From Rhodoferax sp. (lineage in GTDB: Bacteria > Pseudomonadota > Gammaproteobacteria > Burkholderiales > Burkholderiaceae_C): 64,000 nucleotides of DNA. The DNA is taken from positions 4,337-68,336 of the forward strand of contig PKWM01000036.1 in the NCBI GenBank assembly GCA_003133245.1, given 5' to 3'. The position numbers and the translations under genes were made by a program. The notes below the pieces were generated by a model. That model was not told where the DNA came from. It worked only from the letters and a program-made list of their open reading frames with translations, and did not search any database. Positions 8,159 through 19,465 of this stretch are shown here, piece after piece. Every line of letters begins with the position of its first letter. Position 1 is the first letter of the stretch.

Positions 8159-10954
8159 TCAGACCGGTTCTTGGTACTGATCTTCCAGCAACTTGGCTTG
8201 TGCTGCTGCCAGCCGCGCAATTGGCACGCGCGGACCGGAGCACGACACATAGTTGAGTTTGATGTGATGGCAAAAACGGATCGAGCTGGGGTCGCCGCCA
8301 TGTTCACCACAGATGCCCACCTTCAAGTCCGGGTTGGTTTCGCGGCCTTTTTGGATAGCCATTTTCATCAATTGCCCGACACCCTTGATATCGAGCACTT
8401 CAAACGGGTTGTCTTGCAGAATACCGGTCTCGTTGTAGAAAGGCAGGAACTTGTTTTCGGCGTCTTCGCGGCTGAAGGAGAAAGTGGCCTGACTCAGGTC
8501 ATTGGTGCCGAAGGAGAAAAACTCGGCAATCTCGGCCATGCGCCCGGCGCGCATGCAGGCGCGCACCACTTCGACCATCGAGCCAAACTTGAACTGCACG
8601 TCAATGCCGTGGGTGGCTTGCACTTCCTGGCGGATGCGCTGCACGTAGCTGTGAATGCGTTTGAGCTCTTCCACTGTGGCCACTTGCGGCACCATGATTT
8701 CGGGGTAGATTTCAATACCCTCTTTGGCACACAGGGCGGCCGCTTCCAGAATCGCGCGGATCTGCATCGAGTAGATTTCCGGGTAGGTGATGCCCAAGCG
8801 CACGCCGCGATGACCCAGCATCGGGTTGACCTCAGCCAGGGCGCGCACTTTCTTCAGAATCTTTTCTTTCTTGGCAATGACATCCTGCTCCATGTGCGAC
8901 TTTTTGAAAGTGCCCAGCGCCTCCATCAAGGGGGTCAGGCCATCGGCATATTGCTGGTACAGCTTGGGGTTGAGCAGCTTCATGGTTTCGGGAAAATCTT
9001 CCAGCCCCTTGATGGTGTCGCGCAATTGGTGCAAGTTGGCGATTTCAAGTTCAAGCTGGGCTGCCGTAGGCAAAAACTCGTGCATCGGCGGGTCGAGCAA
9101 GCGCACCGTCACCGGCAGCCCCTTCATGGCTTTGAAAATGCCCTTGAAGTCTGAGCGCTGAATCGGCAGTAGCCGGTTCAGCGCCGATTGCCGCTCTTGC
9201 GGTGTCTCGGCCAGGATCATTTCTTGCACGATCGGCAAGCGGTCGGTGGCGTTGAACATGCGCTCGGTGCGTACCAGGCCAATCCCCACGGCACCGAATT
9301 CACGCGCGCGCTGGGCATCCACCGGGATATCGGCATTGGCCATGACCCGCAGCGTAGCAACCTCGTCGGCCCAGGCCAGCAGCGTGTTCATCTCCTGCGA
9401 AAACTCGGCCTCCACCGTGGGCACTTCACCGGCATAAACATGGCCGGTACCGCCGTCGATGGTGATGACGTCGCCCTCGCGCAGCGTGGTGTCACCCACC
9501 TGGGCGCTGCGTGTCTGGTCGTTGATGACAATCTGCTCGCAGCCCGAAACACAGGGCTTGCCCATGCTGCGCGCCACCACCGCAGCATGCGAGGTCTTGC
9601 CGCCGCGGCTGGTCAATATTCCCTGTGCCTGGAAGAAGCCATGAATATCATCGGGCCGGGTTTCTTCACGCACCAGAATGATTTTTTCGCCAGCGCGTCC
9701 ACGCGCCTCGGCGGTGTCGGCGTCAAACACAATCTTGCCGGAAGCTGCGCCAGGCGAAGCCGACAACCCTTGCGCCAGCGACTTGCCATGAAAATTAGGT
9801 GCCAGTTGCGGCACCAGGAGCTGTTCCAGCATGGACGGCTCGGTGCGCAACAGGGCTCGCTCCTTGGTGATCAGGCCCTCATTGAACATTTCGACCGAGG
9901 TGCGCACCATGGCGCGGGCGTTCATTTTGCCGTTGCGCGTTTGCAGGCAATAGAGAATGCCCTTCTCGATCGTGAACTCAAAGTCCTGCACTTCATGGTA
10001 GTGCGATTCGAGCCGCTGGCGCAGTGCGATCAACTGACGGTGAATCTCGGGCATTTCCTGTTCCATCTCGGCAATCGCCTTGGGCGTGCGGATGCCCGCC
10101 ACCACGTCCTCGCCCTGGGCGTTGACCAGATATTCGCCATAAATCACGTTCTCGCCGGTGCCAGGGTTGCGCGTGAAGCCGACGCCGGTGCCTGAATCGT
10201 TGCCCATATTGCCAAACACCATGGTGCAGATGCTCACCGCCGTGCCATTGGCCTGGGCTTTGGTGATGCGAAACTGCTTGCGATAGTCCACCGCGCGCTT
10301 GCCCATCCAGGAATGAAACACCGCGCCTACGGCAATTTCGAGCTGCACAAACGGGTCTTGCGGAAACGCCTGGCCGGTTTGGCGCTGCACAATGGCCAGG
10401 AATTCGCTGGCCAGCTCCTTGAGCTGCTCGGCACCCAAGTCCACGTCTTGCGGCGCGCCATATTTGCGCTTGACGGCAGCCATGCTGTCGTCAAAATGTT
10501 CATCACTGATACCCAGCGCGATCTTGCCAAAAAGCTGGATAAAGCGGCGATAAGCGTCGTAAGCGAAACGCTCGTTGCCGGTTTGCGCGATCAGGCCTTT
10601 GAGCGAAACTTCATTGAGGCCGAGGTTGAGAATGGTGTCCATCATGCCGGGCATCGACATCGCTGCACCGGAACGCACCGAGATCAGCAACGGGTTTTTG
10701 CCATCGCCAAAACCTTTGCCGGTTTTCTTTTCCAATGCGGCCATATGCTGGCGAATCTCGTCCATCAAACCATCTGGCAACTGATTCTTTTCTAGGTAAG
10801 CGTTGCAGGCTTCGGTGCTGGCGGTAAAGCCCGGTGGCACGTTCAGGCCAATCTGCGTCATCTCGCACAGGTTGGCGCCCTTGCCGCCCAGCAGCATCTT
10901 GTTTTTGCCATCGCCCTCTGCAAAGGCGTAAACGTACTTTTTGCTGGTAGCCAT
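8159..10954 (-). CDS. ppdK: Pyruvate, phosphate dikinase
   Basis: LLGGKGANL, LLISVRSGA.MSMPGMMDTILNLG, phospho-His GGKTSHAAVVAR, NPMLGHRG.RL, GICGEHGGDP. Confidence 0.97.
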   Translation of the reverse strand: MATSKKYVYAFAEGDGKNKMLLGGKGANLCEMTQIGLNVPPGFTASTEACNAYLEKNQLPDGLMDEIRQHMAALEKKTGKGFGDGKNPLLISVRSGAAMSMPGMMDTILNLGLNEVSLKGLIAQTGNERFAYDAYRRFIQLFGKIALGISDEHFDDSMAAVKRKYGAPQDVDLGAEQLKELASEFLAIVQRQTGQAFPQDPFVQLEIAVGAVFHSWMGKRAVDYRKQFRITKAQANGTAVSICTMVFGNMGNDSGTGVGFTRNPGTGENVIYGEYLVNAQGEDVVAGIRTPKAIAEMEQEMPEIHRQLIALRQRLESHYHEVQDFEFTIEKGILYCLQTRNGKMNARAMVRTSVEMFNEGLITKERALLRTEPSMLEQLLVPQLAPNFHGKSLAQGLSASPGAASGKIVFDADTAEARGRAGEKIILVREETRPDDIHGFFQAQGILTSRGGKTSHAAVVARSMGKPCVSGCEQIVINDQTRSAQVGDTTLREGDVITIDGGTGHVYAGEVPTVEAEFSQEMNTLLAWADEVATLRVMANADIPVDAQRAREFGAVGIGLVRTERMFNATDRLPIVQEMILAETPQERQSALNRLLPIQRSDFKGIFKAMKGLPVTVRLLDPPMHEFLPTAAQLELEIANLHQLRDTIKGLEDFPETMKLLNPKLYQQYADGLTPLMEALGTFKKSHMEQDVIAKKEKILKKVRALAEVNPMLGHRGVRLGITYPEIYSMQIRAILEAAALCAKEGIEIYPEIMVPQVATVEELKRIHSYVQRIRQEVQATHGIDVQFKFGSMVEVVRACMRAGRMAEIAEFFSFGTNDLSQATFSFSREDAENKFLPFYNETGILQDNPFEVLDIKGVGQLMKMAIQKGRETNPDLKVGICGEHGGDPSSIRFCHHIKLNYVSCSGPRVPIARLAAAQAKLLEDQYQEPV

Positions 10955-11015
10955 GTTTTTTCCTGTTCAAGTGGTTGGATGATTATTAAATACCGGATTG
11001 AGACGCCGCCTGCCG

Positions 11016-11864
11016 TCACTTGAAAATGACGGTTTTATGACCGTTGATGAGGACCCGGTGCTCACTGTGCCACTTGACAGCGCGTGCCAGCACCTGGCTT
11101 TCGGTGTCGCGGCCCAGCGTCGTCAAGTCTTCCACGGTCTTGCTGTGATCCACTCGCGCCACGTCCTGCTCAATAATGGGCCCTTCGTCCAGATTGGCGG
11201 TGACATAGTGGGCGGTCGCGCCAATCAGCTTGACGCCCCGGTCATGCGCCTGGTAATAGGGTTTGGCACCTTTGAAGCTGGGCAAAAAGGAGTGGTGGAT
11301 GTTGATCGCCGAACCTGAGAGTTTTTGGCACAAATCGTCCGAGAGAATTTGCATGTAGCGCGCCAGCACGACCAATTCAGCCGCTTCACTTTGAATTATT
11401 TCATACTGCTTGGCCTCTACTTCGCGCTTGTTTGTCGGCGTCACGGCAAAGTGATGAAACGGCACGTTGTAGCTCGCCGCCAGCTGGTAAAACTCGCGGT
11501 GGTTGGAGATGATGGCGCGAATGTCCAGGGCCAACAGGCCACTCTTCCAGCGAAATAGCAAATCGTTGAGGCAATGACCTTCACGGCTGACCATGATGAC
11601 GGTGCGCATGGTTTGCGCCCTGGCGTGCAGACGCCACTGCATTTGAAACGGCTGGGCCAAGTCGCTGAGCTGCGTCTTAAGCTCTTCATAGCTCAGCTGC
11701 GCGCAGGCAAACTGCAAGCGCATAAAAAACAGACCGGTGTCTTGGTCGTTGTACTGCGCCGCTTCTTCGATGTTGCCGCCGCGCTCGAGTAAAAAGCCCG
11801 ACACTGCATGCACCAGGCCCAGACGGTCCGGGCAGGAGAGAGTCAATATGTAGACAGGGTTCAT
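11016..11864 (-). CDS. purU: Formyltetrahydrofolate deformylase
   Basis: ACT domain LTLSCPDRLGLVHAVS, INIHHSFLPSFKGAKPYYQAH.RGVKLIGATAHYVT..LDEGPII. Start placed at MNPVY. Confidence 0.95.
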   Translation of the reverse strand: MNPVYILTLSCPDRLGLVHAVSGFLLERGGNIEEAAQYNDQDTGLFFMRLQFACAQLSYEELKTQLSDLAQPFQMQWRLHARAQTMRTVIMVSREGHCLNDLLFRWKSGLLALDIRAIISNHREFYQLAASYNVPFHHFAVTPTNKREVEAKQYEIIQSEAAELVVLARYMQILSDDLCQKLSGSAINIHHSFLPSFKGAKPYYQAHDRGVKLIGATAHYVTANLDEGPIIEQDVARVDHSKTVEDLTTLGRDTESQVLARAVKWHSEHRVLINGHKTVIFK

Positions 11865-11976
11865 AAGGGATGAATTGTCGCAGGTCGGGCGGCGCATTCT
11901 TTCATGAACTTGACGGCCGACTGGCATTGACTGCTGCCAAACCGGCACCCCAGTCAATCATTGGCAGCACGCTGCG

Positions 11977-12288
11977 TCAGTGCACCAACACCGGGTTTTG
12001 CGCCAGCCCGGCGTATTGCTCCAGCGTGTCCTCAACTTCTTCCTGGGTTGGTGTTTTTTGCTGCCAGGCAGAGATATGCTGCTGAAACAACTCGGCCCAG
12101 GAACCGTCCAGATAGACCTCTTTGCCACTGCGCTTGTCGACAATCTCAAAGCCATGGCGTGCCAGCACCGGCACCAGCAGCACCAGATCGACGCGCTCGC
12201 CACTCGCTTGCGCAGCCGCATCGGCAACCACGGCGTTGGCCAACATGTGCGTCACAGAATAGGTGTCAGAGTCGTAGAGCGTGTGCAT
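11977..12288 (-). CDS. BTH_I0359 / DUF3567 family protein
   Basis: LYDSD.Y...GFEIVDKRSGKEVYLDGSWAE.FQ..I.AW...P..EEVE. Confidence 0.8.
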   Translation of the reverse strand: MHTLYDSDTYSVTHMLANAVVADAAAQASGERVDLVLLVPVLARHGFEIVDKRSGKEVYLDGSWAELFQQHISAWQQKTPTQEEVEDTLEQYAGLAQNPVLVH

Positions 12289-12340
12289 GGCAAGAATTAT
12301 CCCTTAATCAGCTGTACTGTGCATGTGGCACTGCAACGGG

Positions 12341-13420
12341 TTATTTCAAGGGTTCAACCAAGGCTTCTGTGCTGAGCCACTTTTGATCGATAAAGTCGCC
12401 GTTCGACTCAGTGATTCGGATGCGGGCTGGCAAATAGTCCAGCGCGGGGGCCAGCCACAATTCCACCTTCTGGTCAAATTCCTGGCGCGGATTGCGTACC
12501 AGTTTCAGGGCCGTCTGCGCTCCGTTGGGCAGGCTCAGGGTTTCAGTTTCACCGACGGTAAACAGCCAGGTATCGGCATCGCGTGGACCGATCGTCTGGA
12601 TCGTAATCGTGGTGGCAGGCGGATATTGTTTGGGGGCGCTGGCAATCATGGCGGCAAGCTCAATCATGACGCTCAGTCGGTCTTGCGCACCGGCAAGCAG
12701 TGGCACGTCTGGCGTGTTGGCGCTGAAAGTCACTTTGCCCTTTTCGCGGACAAAGTGGGCTGCGACTTCGCTGCGGTATTTGTCCGAAAACCGAATGGGC
12801 TCCAACCCCTGCAAGCCGATCTGTCCACGGCTGGTCTGCACACGGTTCTGTCCTAAAAGGCCAATCGTCAGCCGAGCTTCATAATTTTTGTCATCTTGTT
12901 GCCACAACAACTCGGCATTCAATTTGTAGGGGAATTTGTTGGCCTCAACCTGATATTTCATTAACACCGAGCCGGGTAATTTGTCGGCGTTGGTCAAGGC
13001 CGCATATTCGCGCAGCCGTTGCGGTGGCATTGCCAATGGATCTGTTTGCGCCGCAGGCTCGTCCTGGACTGTGGCTGGTTCGGAGCGGCTTGAACGGGTG
13101 ACCGCCTCGCTCCCCGCTGTCTGGCCTGCGTTGACGGCGATGTTGACATCGTCTGGTGTCTGCGTGAGCTTGGGCGAATTCGTATTGGCTGGGACGGAGG
13201 GCACCGACTTGCTGCGCGACGGCTTGGGTGCAGCGCTGCGCTGTGGTGTTACCAGTCGGCCCAGGTCGGCCTCAATCGAGCGCGTGGTGAATGCATAGGA
13301 AGGCCCAATTGGGTGCGTATTTGGCACCGGCGTGCGCAGCACAGCCAGATGCGCCAGCAGCACGACCAGCGTAAGGGTGGTGAACAACCTGGGCGAAAAC
13401 ACAGAACCCGCACTTGTCAT
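12341..13420 (-). CDS. DUF3108 domain protein
   Basis: N-terminal TM segment, Pro/Ala-rich linker, then GL.P.RF.D...QDRLS...L.LVR.PR..FDQKVELWLAP.L.YLPARIR. Confidence 0.75.
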   Translation of the reverse strand: MTSAGSVFSPRLFTTLTLVVLLAHLAVLRTPVPNTHPIGPSYAFTTRSIEADLGRLVTPQRSAAPKPSRSKSVPSVPANTNSPKLTQTPDDVNIAVNAGQTAGSEAVTRSSRSEPATVQDEPAAQTDPLAMPPQRLREYAALTNADKLPGSVLMKYQVEANKFPYKLNAELLWQQDDKNYEARLTIGLLGQNRVQTSRGQIGLQGLEPIRFSDKYRSEVAAHFVREKGKVTFSANTPDVPLLAGAQDRLSVMIELAAMIASAPKQYPPATTITIQTIGPRDADTWLFTVGETETLSLPNGAQTALKLVRNPRQEFDQKVELWLAPALDYLPARIRITESNGDFIDQKWLSTEALVEPLK

Positions 13421-13532
13421 TTGTCAGCTTGTCCGAGGTGTCGGCACCGATTGAATAGCGACCCACGGGCGCTTGCAGAGTTCAATCAGCAACTGCGAAC
13501 AAGTGTACTCAATTGTCAGTTTTTCGCTTTCC

Positions 13533-13564
13533 AAAAGAAAACCCCGACGCAGTGGCCGGGGTTT
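13533..13564 (-). terminator. Rho-independent terminator
   Basis: AAACCCCGGC-CACTGC-GTCGGGGTTT followed by TCTTTT on the minus strand. Confidence 0.8.
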
Positions 13565-13620
13565 AACACCGCCTTAGGAGGGAAACAGTGTGGATGTTTA
13601 GCACCCGAGGCCACTTTAAT
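13533..13620 (-). ncRNA. Candidate small RNA with an anti-SD (CCCUCCU) loop
   Basis: Minus strand: stem ACACTGTTT / AGGCGGTGT with loop CCCTCCTA, then an intrinsic terminator; TTGTTC-N18-TAAGTT promoter-like sequence just upstream. Confidence 0.55.
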
Positions 13621-13667
13621 TTCAAAAACTTAAGGCTTTCTTAAAACTTTGAACAAATCCTTACGGC

Positions 13668-14270
13668 TCAGGTTGGTGCGAGCTGTGACAGAAAAATTTT
13701 GACGCCACGCAGCATCATTTCAATCGATACCGCCACCAGCACCAGGCCCATCAACCGCTCCAGGGCCACCACAAAGCGGTCGCCCGCCACGCGCTGAATG
13801 CGCTCGGCCAGCACCAGCACGACCGCGCTCACCGTCATGGTGACACACAGTGCCGCAATCCATTCCAGGCGCCGCTCGGGTGCCTGCGACACCAGCAGCA
13901 GCACAGTGGCCAGGGCCGAGGGACCGGCGATGGCCGGAATCGCCAACGGCACAATCAACGGCTCCCTTAGCTCGTCGGGTGCATCCGAATTAGGTGGCGG
14001 AAAAATCATGCGCAGCGCAATCAAAAACAGAATCACGCTACCGCCAATTTGCAGCGACAACTCGCTCAGGTTCATCAAACGCAAAAAACCAGCGCCAACA
14101 AACATGAAAGTCAACAACAGCATAAAGGCGATCAAGACCTCGCGCAAAATAACCCAGGGGCGGCGCTCGGGTGCGACATGTTTGAGCGCATTGGCAAAAA
14201 TCGGGATGTTGCCGACCGGGTCGGTGATCAGGATCAGCAAAATGGTGGCGGAGGCAAAGGTGTAATTCAT
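13668..14270 (-). CDS. MarC family inner membrane protein
   Basis: LILITDPVGNIPIF, IVPLAIPAIAGPSALATVLL, ERLMGLVLVAVSIEM. Start placed at MNYTF. Confidence 0.9.
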   Translation of the reverse strand: MNYTFASATILLILITDPVGNIPIFANALKHVAPERRPWVILREVLIAFMLLLTFMFVGAGFLRLMNLSELSLQIGGSVILFLIALRMIFPPPNSDAPDELREPLIVPLAIPAIAGPSALATVLLLVSQAPERRLEWIAALCVTMTVSAVVLVLAERIQRVAGDRFVVALERLMGLVLVAVSIEMMLRGVKIFLSQLAPT

Positions 14271-14413
14271 AACATTCAGAGGATAGCAGGCCGCATCCAG
14301 CACGCCAAGGGTCAAACCAATAACTTGCCCGTAAATGGAACCTGCCGCGCCAGTGCGAGCACATTGAGGTAAGCTGTCAGCGCTTGATGGTTGACAAATT
14401 CTTTGGAGAAAAC

Positions 14414-14953
14414 ATGAGTAATTCACAAAACACTGGTTTCGGTCAATTCGTTCAGGGTTTCGATTTTCTTCAGAATCTGGCTAAGGGTGCGACCCCTACA
14501 ATTCCACAGATGTCCAGTCCGGCCCACTGGATTGCTCCCACGATGAATGTCGAAGAACTTGACAAACGCATCAGCGAACTCAAAGCCGTGCATTTCTGGC
14601 TGGATCAGAACTCCAAGGCCCTGGCTGCCACCGTGCAAGCCCTTGAGGTGCAAAAAATGACCCTGGCCACGCTCAAAGGTATGAATTTCAACATCGGTGA
14701 CCTCGCCAATGCGTTCAAGCCCAAGGCGGCCGATGCGGCCACTGCCACGGCGCCGGGGGGCGCTGAAAAAGCGGCGGCGGCCAAACCTGGCGCAGCGGGT
14801 GGTCTGATTGATCCGATGCAGCTATGGGGCGCACTGACACAACAGTTTCAACATATCGCCGCTGGCGCCATGAAAGATGCCGGCATCAGCAGTGACAGTA
14901 AGACCCCTGAAAAAAGCAGCAGCCGCGCCCGAAAAACGAGCGCCAAGCGTTGA
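14414..14953 (+). CDS. phaM: PhaM-family PHA granule-associated protein
   Basis: GGAG RBS. FDFLQNL...WIAPTMNVEELDKRISELKAVHFWLDQN..AL.ATVQALEVQKMTLATLKGMN; Lys/Ala-rich tail. Confidence 0.8.
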   Translation: MSNSQNTGFGQFVQGFDFLQNLAKGATPTIPQMSSPAHWIAPTMNVEELDKRISELKAVHFWLDQNSKALAATVQALEVQKMTLATLKGMNFNIGDLANAFKPKAADAATATAPGGAEKAAAAKPGAAGGLIDPMQLWGALTQQFQHIAAGAMKDAGISSDSKTPEKSSSRARKTSAKR

Positions 14954-14975
14954 AGCAGCGTTACCGGGCCGGTCC

Positions 14976-16262
14976 ATGAAACTGTTTCCTTATGGTCATG
15001 CCATGCATCCGCAGTGGCGCATGGCCGCCGGGTTGGCCTTGGCCCAAGTGCGCGCCCAGATGGCGCTGCACGGCTACGCCAGTTCGCCCACATTGGCGCT
15101 GCTCTACATCACTGACCACTATGCGCCGCAAGCGCAAGAGATTCTGGATCACTTGAGCGCCGAACTGCCGGAGATTACCGATTGGGCGGGCACCGTCGGC
15201 ATCGGCATTGCATCCAACAACGTCGAGTATTTTGACGAACCGGCGCTGGCGTTGATGTTGTGTGAGTTGCCGACCGACCAGTACCGGGTGTTCTCCGGCG
15301 TGGCACCGCTGGGCTTGGGGTTTGAAGCCCACACCGCGCTGATTCATGCCGATGCCAATGCGCCCGACCTGGGCGAGTTGATTGAAGAGATGGCGCAGCG
15401 CACCGACTCTGGCTATTTGTTTGGCGGCCTGTCCTCAAGCCGATCAAAAAGCGTGCAGTTTGCAATTGGCGGCAATGGCAATATCAATGGCCAGGGCGCT
15501 GCCAGCGGTGTCTTCAGCGGTGGTTTGAGCGGTGTCGCTTTTGGCCCCGGCATCGGACTGCTGTCGCGGGTCACCCAGGGCTGCCTGCCGGTGGCCAAGA
15601 GGCATCAGATAACGGCGGCACAGAACCACGTGGTCAGCACACTCGACGGCGAGGCGGCGTTGGATGTGTTGTTGCGCGACCTGCACATCAGCCTGGAGCA
15701 ACCGCAGCAAGCGCTGGAGGTAGTGCGTGCCACGCTGGTCGGATTGGTGCGAGCGCAGGATGCGCGAGCCGGCATGGGATTGTCAGACGCGGCCGCAGTG
15801 CGCCAGACAGGTCATTTTGGCAGCGACGTCATCGTGCGCCACATCATTGGCCTGGACCCGATGCAGCGCGGCGTTGCGGTGGCAGAGCATCTGGAGGCGG
15901 GCATGCAGCTGGTGTTTTGCCAGCGCAATGCCCAGGCCGCCAGGACCGACCTGACTCGGGTCTGTGCCGAGATCCGCGAAGAGCTGGAACCCGAAGAATT
16001 GCCGGTCGAAGCGGCCCTGGCGCTGGCCGCATCCGAAGCCGAGTCAGCACCGCACCCGGCGCGCGGCATCGCCGGTGCCATATACGTCAGTTGCGCCGGC
16101 CGTGGCGGCGCGCACTTTGGCGGCCCCAGCGCCGAGCTGCAAATCATTCGCCGCGCCCTGGGCGATGTGCCGCTGATCGGCTTTTTTGCCAGCGGCGAGA
16201 TTGCCCGCAACCATTTGTACGGCTATACCGGCGTGCTGACGGTGTTTACCGGGGGCGCTTGA
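14976..16262 (+). CDS. FIST N/C domain signal-transduction protein
   Basis: GYLFGGLSS, SRVTQGC.P, VRHIIGLDP, GAIYVSCAGRG, PLIGFFASGEI. Start at MKLFPY. Confidence 0.85.
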   Translation: MKLFPYGHAMHPQWRMAAGLALAQVRAQMALHGYASSPTLALLYITDHYAPQAQEILDHLSAELPEITDWAGTVGIGIASNNVEYFDEPALALMLCELPTDQYRVFSGVAPLGLGFEAHTALIHADANAPDLGELIEEMAQRTDSGYLFGGLSSSRSKSVQFAIGGNGNINGQGAASGVFSGGLSGVAFGPGIGLLSRVTQGCLPVAKRHQITAAQNHVVSTLDGEAALDVLLRDLHISLEQPQQALEVVRATLVGLVRAQDARAGMGLSDAAAVRQTGHFGSDVIVRHIIGLDPMQRGVAVAEHLEAGMQLVFCQRNAQAARTDLTRVCAEIREELEPEELPVEAALALAASEAESAPHPARGIAGAIYVSCAGRGGAHFGGPSAELQIIRRALGDVPLIGFFASGEIARNHLYGYTGVLTVFTGGA

Positions 16263-16291
16263 GCGGCATCGCGGCGAACGGGTCAGGGAAC

Positions 16292-16801
16292 TTACTTCGC
16301 GTCGTTCCTCCTTTCGATGAAACGCCGCAGGCGCTGCTTGATGCGGTGTTTCATAACCCGCCCCAAGCGCCAGGGCCAGGAGGCGCGCACCTGCGCCAGC
16401 AGCGCTTCTTTCCAGCGGATCCAGCGGGCGTAGAGCCGCGCAAACCAGTCCAATTGCATTAGCGCCGGTTGCGTCAGCGCAAACAGCCGGGCAACAATGG
16501 CCGTGCCGATCAATTTGGCGGCGAGGATGAACAAGGTGCCCGACAGCACTTTGCCTTGCGCTATCAGCCACAGTGCCAATAATTTAACCGGTATCAGCAA
16601 CAGCGTCGGCAGGAAAAAAATTGCCAGTGCAGCGTAGGGCGGCAGTACGCGGATGCGCCCTTCAATCCAGCGCAGCCCGGGCCAGCGTCCCATCCATGCC
16701 AGTACCCGCTGTAGTGGCTCCCAGCCCCATTCTTCGAACAGAATCAGCAGCGCCAGCAGCCAGCCAAACAGGGCTTTTACAAGACGCAGGAGGAATTTCA
16801 T
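16292..16801 (-). CDS. Conserved hypothetical membrane protein
   Basis: FEEWGWEPL...LPPYAALAIFFLP...KLIGTAIVARLFALTQPALM; host-like codon usage. Confidence 0.7.
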   Translation of the reverse strand: MKFLLRLVKALFGWLLALLILFEEWGWEPLQRVLAWMGRWPGLRWIEGRIRVLPPYAALAIFFLPTLLLIPVKLLALWLIAQGKVLSGTLFILAAKLIGTAIVARLFALTQPALMQLDWFARLYARWIRWKEALLAQVRASWPWRLGRVMKHRIKQRLRRFIERRNDAK

Positions 16802-16834
16802 GGCACAGGCCCCGATTCATCTGCCAGGATAAAT

Positions 16835-18079
<1,245 letters not shown>

Positions 18080-19273
18080 CTAACGTTGGCGTGCCAGCAG
18101 CATGGCGTCGCCGTAGCTGAAAAACCGGTACTGCTCCTGTATGGCGTGACGGTACAGCGAGCGAATGTGCTCATAACCGGCAAAAGCGCTGACCAGCATC
18201 ATCAAGCTCGACTTGGGCAGGTGAAAGTTGGTCAGCAACAAGTCCACCAGTTTGAAGTTGAACCCGGGTGTGATGAAGATACTGGTGTCAGCGGAAAAGG
18301 GTGCAATGGGAAAAGGGGTCAGAGCCGAATCTACGGAGCCGCTTCGCGACTCCCGTAATTCGGATCCGACCCCATTTCCCATAGATTCGGATCCGACCCC
18401 AATTGCCCACGACTCCAGCGCGCGTACGCTGGTGGTGCCTACTGCCACGATGCGGCCACCGCGGGCGCGGCAATCCAGAATCGCTTGCTGCGTGGCTATG
18501 GGGATTTCATACCACTCACTGTGCATCTGGTGTTCGGCCAGGTTTTCGGTCTTGACCGGCTGAAACGTACCGGCCCCCACATGCAGCGTGACAAAGGCAC
18601 GCTGCACACCGGTGGCATCAAGCTCAGCCAGCAGCGCTTCGTCAAAATGCAGCGCGGCGGTGGGTGCCGCTACCGCACCGGGGTACTTGGCAAACACGGT
18701 CTGGTAACGTGCTGCGTCTTCCAGGGAATCCGCGTGCGTGATGTAAGGCGGCAGCGGCACATGGCCGTGGCGCGCCATCAGAGTGTAGGGGTCATCACCC
18801 GCGTCGTTGGAGAGCAGGAAGCGAAACAATGCGCCCTGCGCATCGGGCCAGCGCCCGAGCAGTGTGGCGCGCAAGTGGTCGCTGCTGCCGCTGGCGCCAG
18901 TCAGGGCCAGGGTGGTGCCAATCTCGGGTTTTTTGCTGACGCGCATGTGCGCCGCCACCTGGTTGCCGCGCAGCACTCGCTCAATCAGGAGCTCCAACTT
19001 GCCGCCGCTGGGTTTGGTGCCAAACAGGCGGGCGTTGATGACCTTGGTGTCGTTGAAAACCAGCAAATCACCGGCTCGCAAAAGAGACGGCAGCTCGCGG
19101 AAAATGCGGTTCACCGGCTCGGCACCGCCGCCGTCGAGCAAGCGCGAGCCGCTGCGCTCGGGCACCGGATGCTGGGCGATCAGCTCCACAGGCAGCGCAA
19201 AGTCGAAATCGCTCAGGGTGAAAGTACGCGTTGTGGCTTTGGAACTGGAGGTATCGGACAAGGGGACGGGCAT
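18080..19273 (-). CDS. queA: S-adenosylmethionine:tRNA ribosyltransferase-isomerase, carrying an in-frame repeat insertion
   Basis: [69 protein letters not shown]. Confidence 0.97.
   Translation of the reverse strand: MPVPLSDTSSSKATTRTFTLSDFDFALPVELIAQHPVPERSGSRLLDGGGAEPVNRIFRELPSLLRAGDLLVFNDTKVINARLFGTKPSGGKLELLIERVLRGNQVAAHMRVSKKPEIGTTLALTGASGSSDHLRATLLGRWPDAQGALFRFLLSNDAGDDPYTLMARHGHVPLPPYITHADSLEDAARYQTVFAKYPGAVAAPTAALHFDEALLAELDATGVQRAFVTLHVGAGTFQPVKTENLAEHQMHSEWYEIPIATQQAILDCRARGGRIVAVGTTSVRALESWAIGVGSESMGNGVGSELRESRSGSVDSALTPFPIAPFSADTSIFITPGFNFKLVDLLLTNFHLPKSSLMMLVSAFAGYEHIRSLYRHAIQEQYRFFSYGDAMLLARQR
18315..18404. repeat. REPIN-like palindromic repeat cluster inside queA
   Basis: GGGGTCAGAGCCGAAT - inner hairpin - ATTCGGATCCGACCCC (inverted, 14/16 match) plus a second ATTCGGATCCGACCCCAATT; 90 bp in total. 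Confidence 0.8.
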
Positions 19274-19465
19274 GGTGCTTGAAGTTTAGGAGGCCAATTG
19301 TGGCATGCCATAGTGGCGTTGCCGGGCTCGGCCAAAGTTTGAGAACGACAAAATGGCGCGACAAAAATGTCAACATCAAGCCAACAAGTGACGAAAATCA
19401 GAACAATTTTCTGGCAAAGCCATCAATCTCTGCAAAATATTGGCAAATTTGAGTGCCAAAATGAC

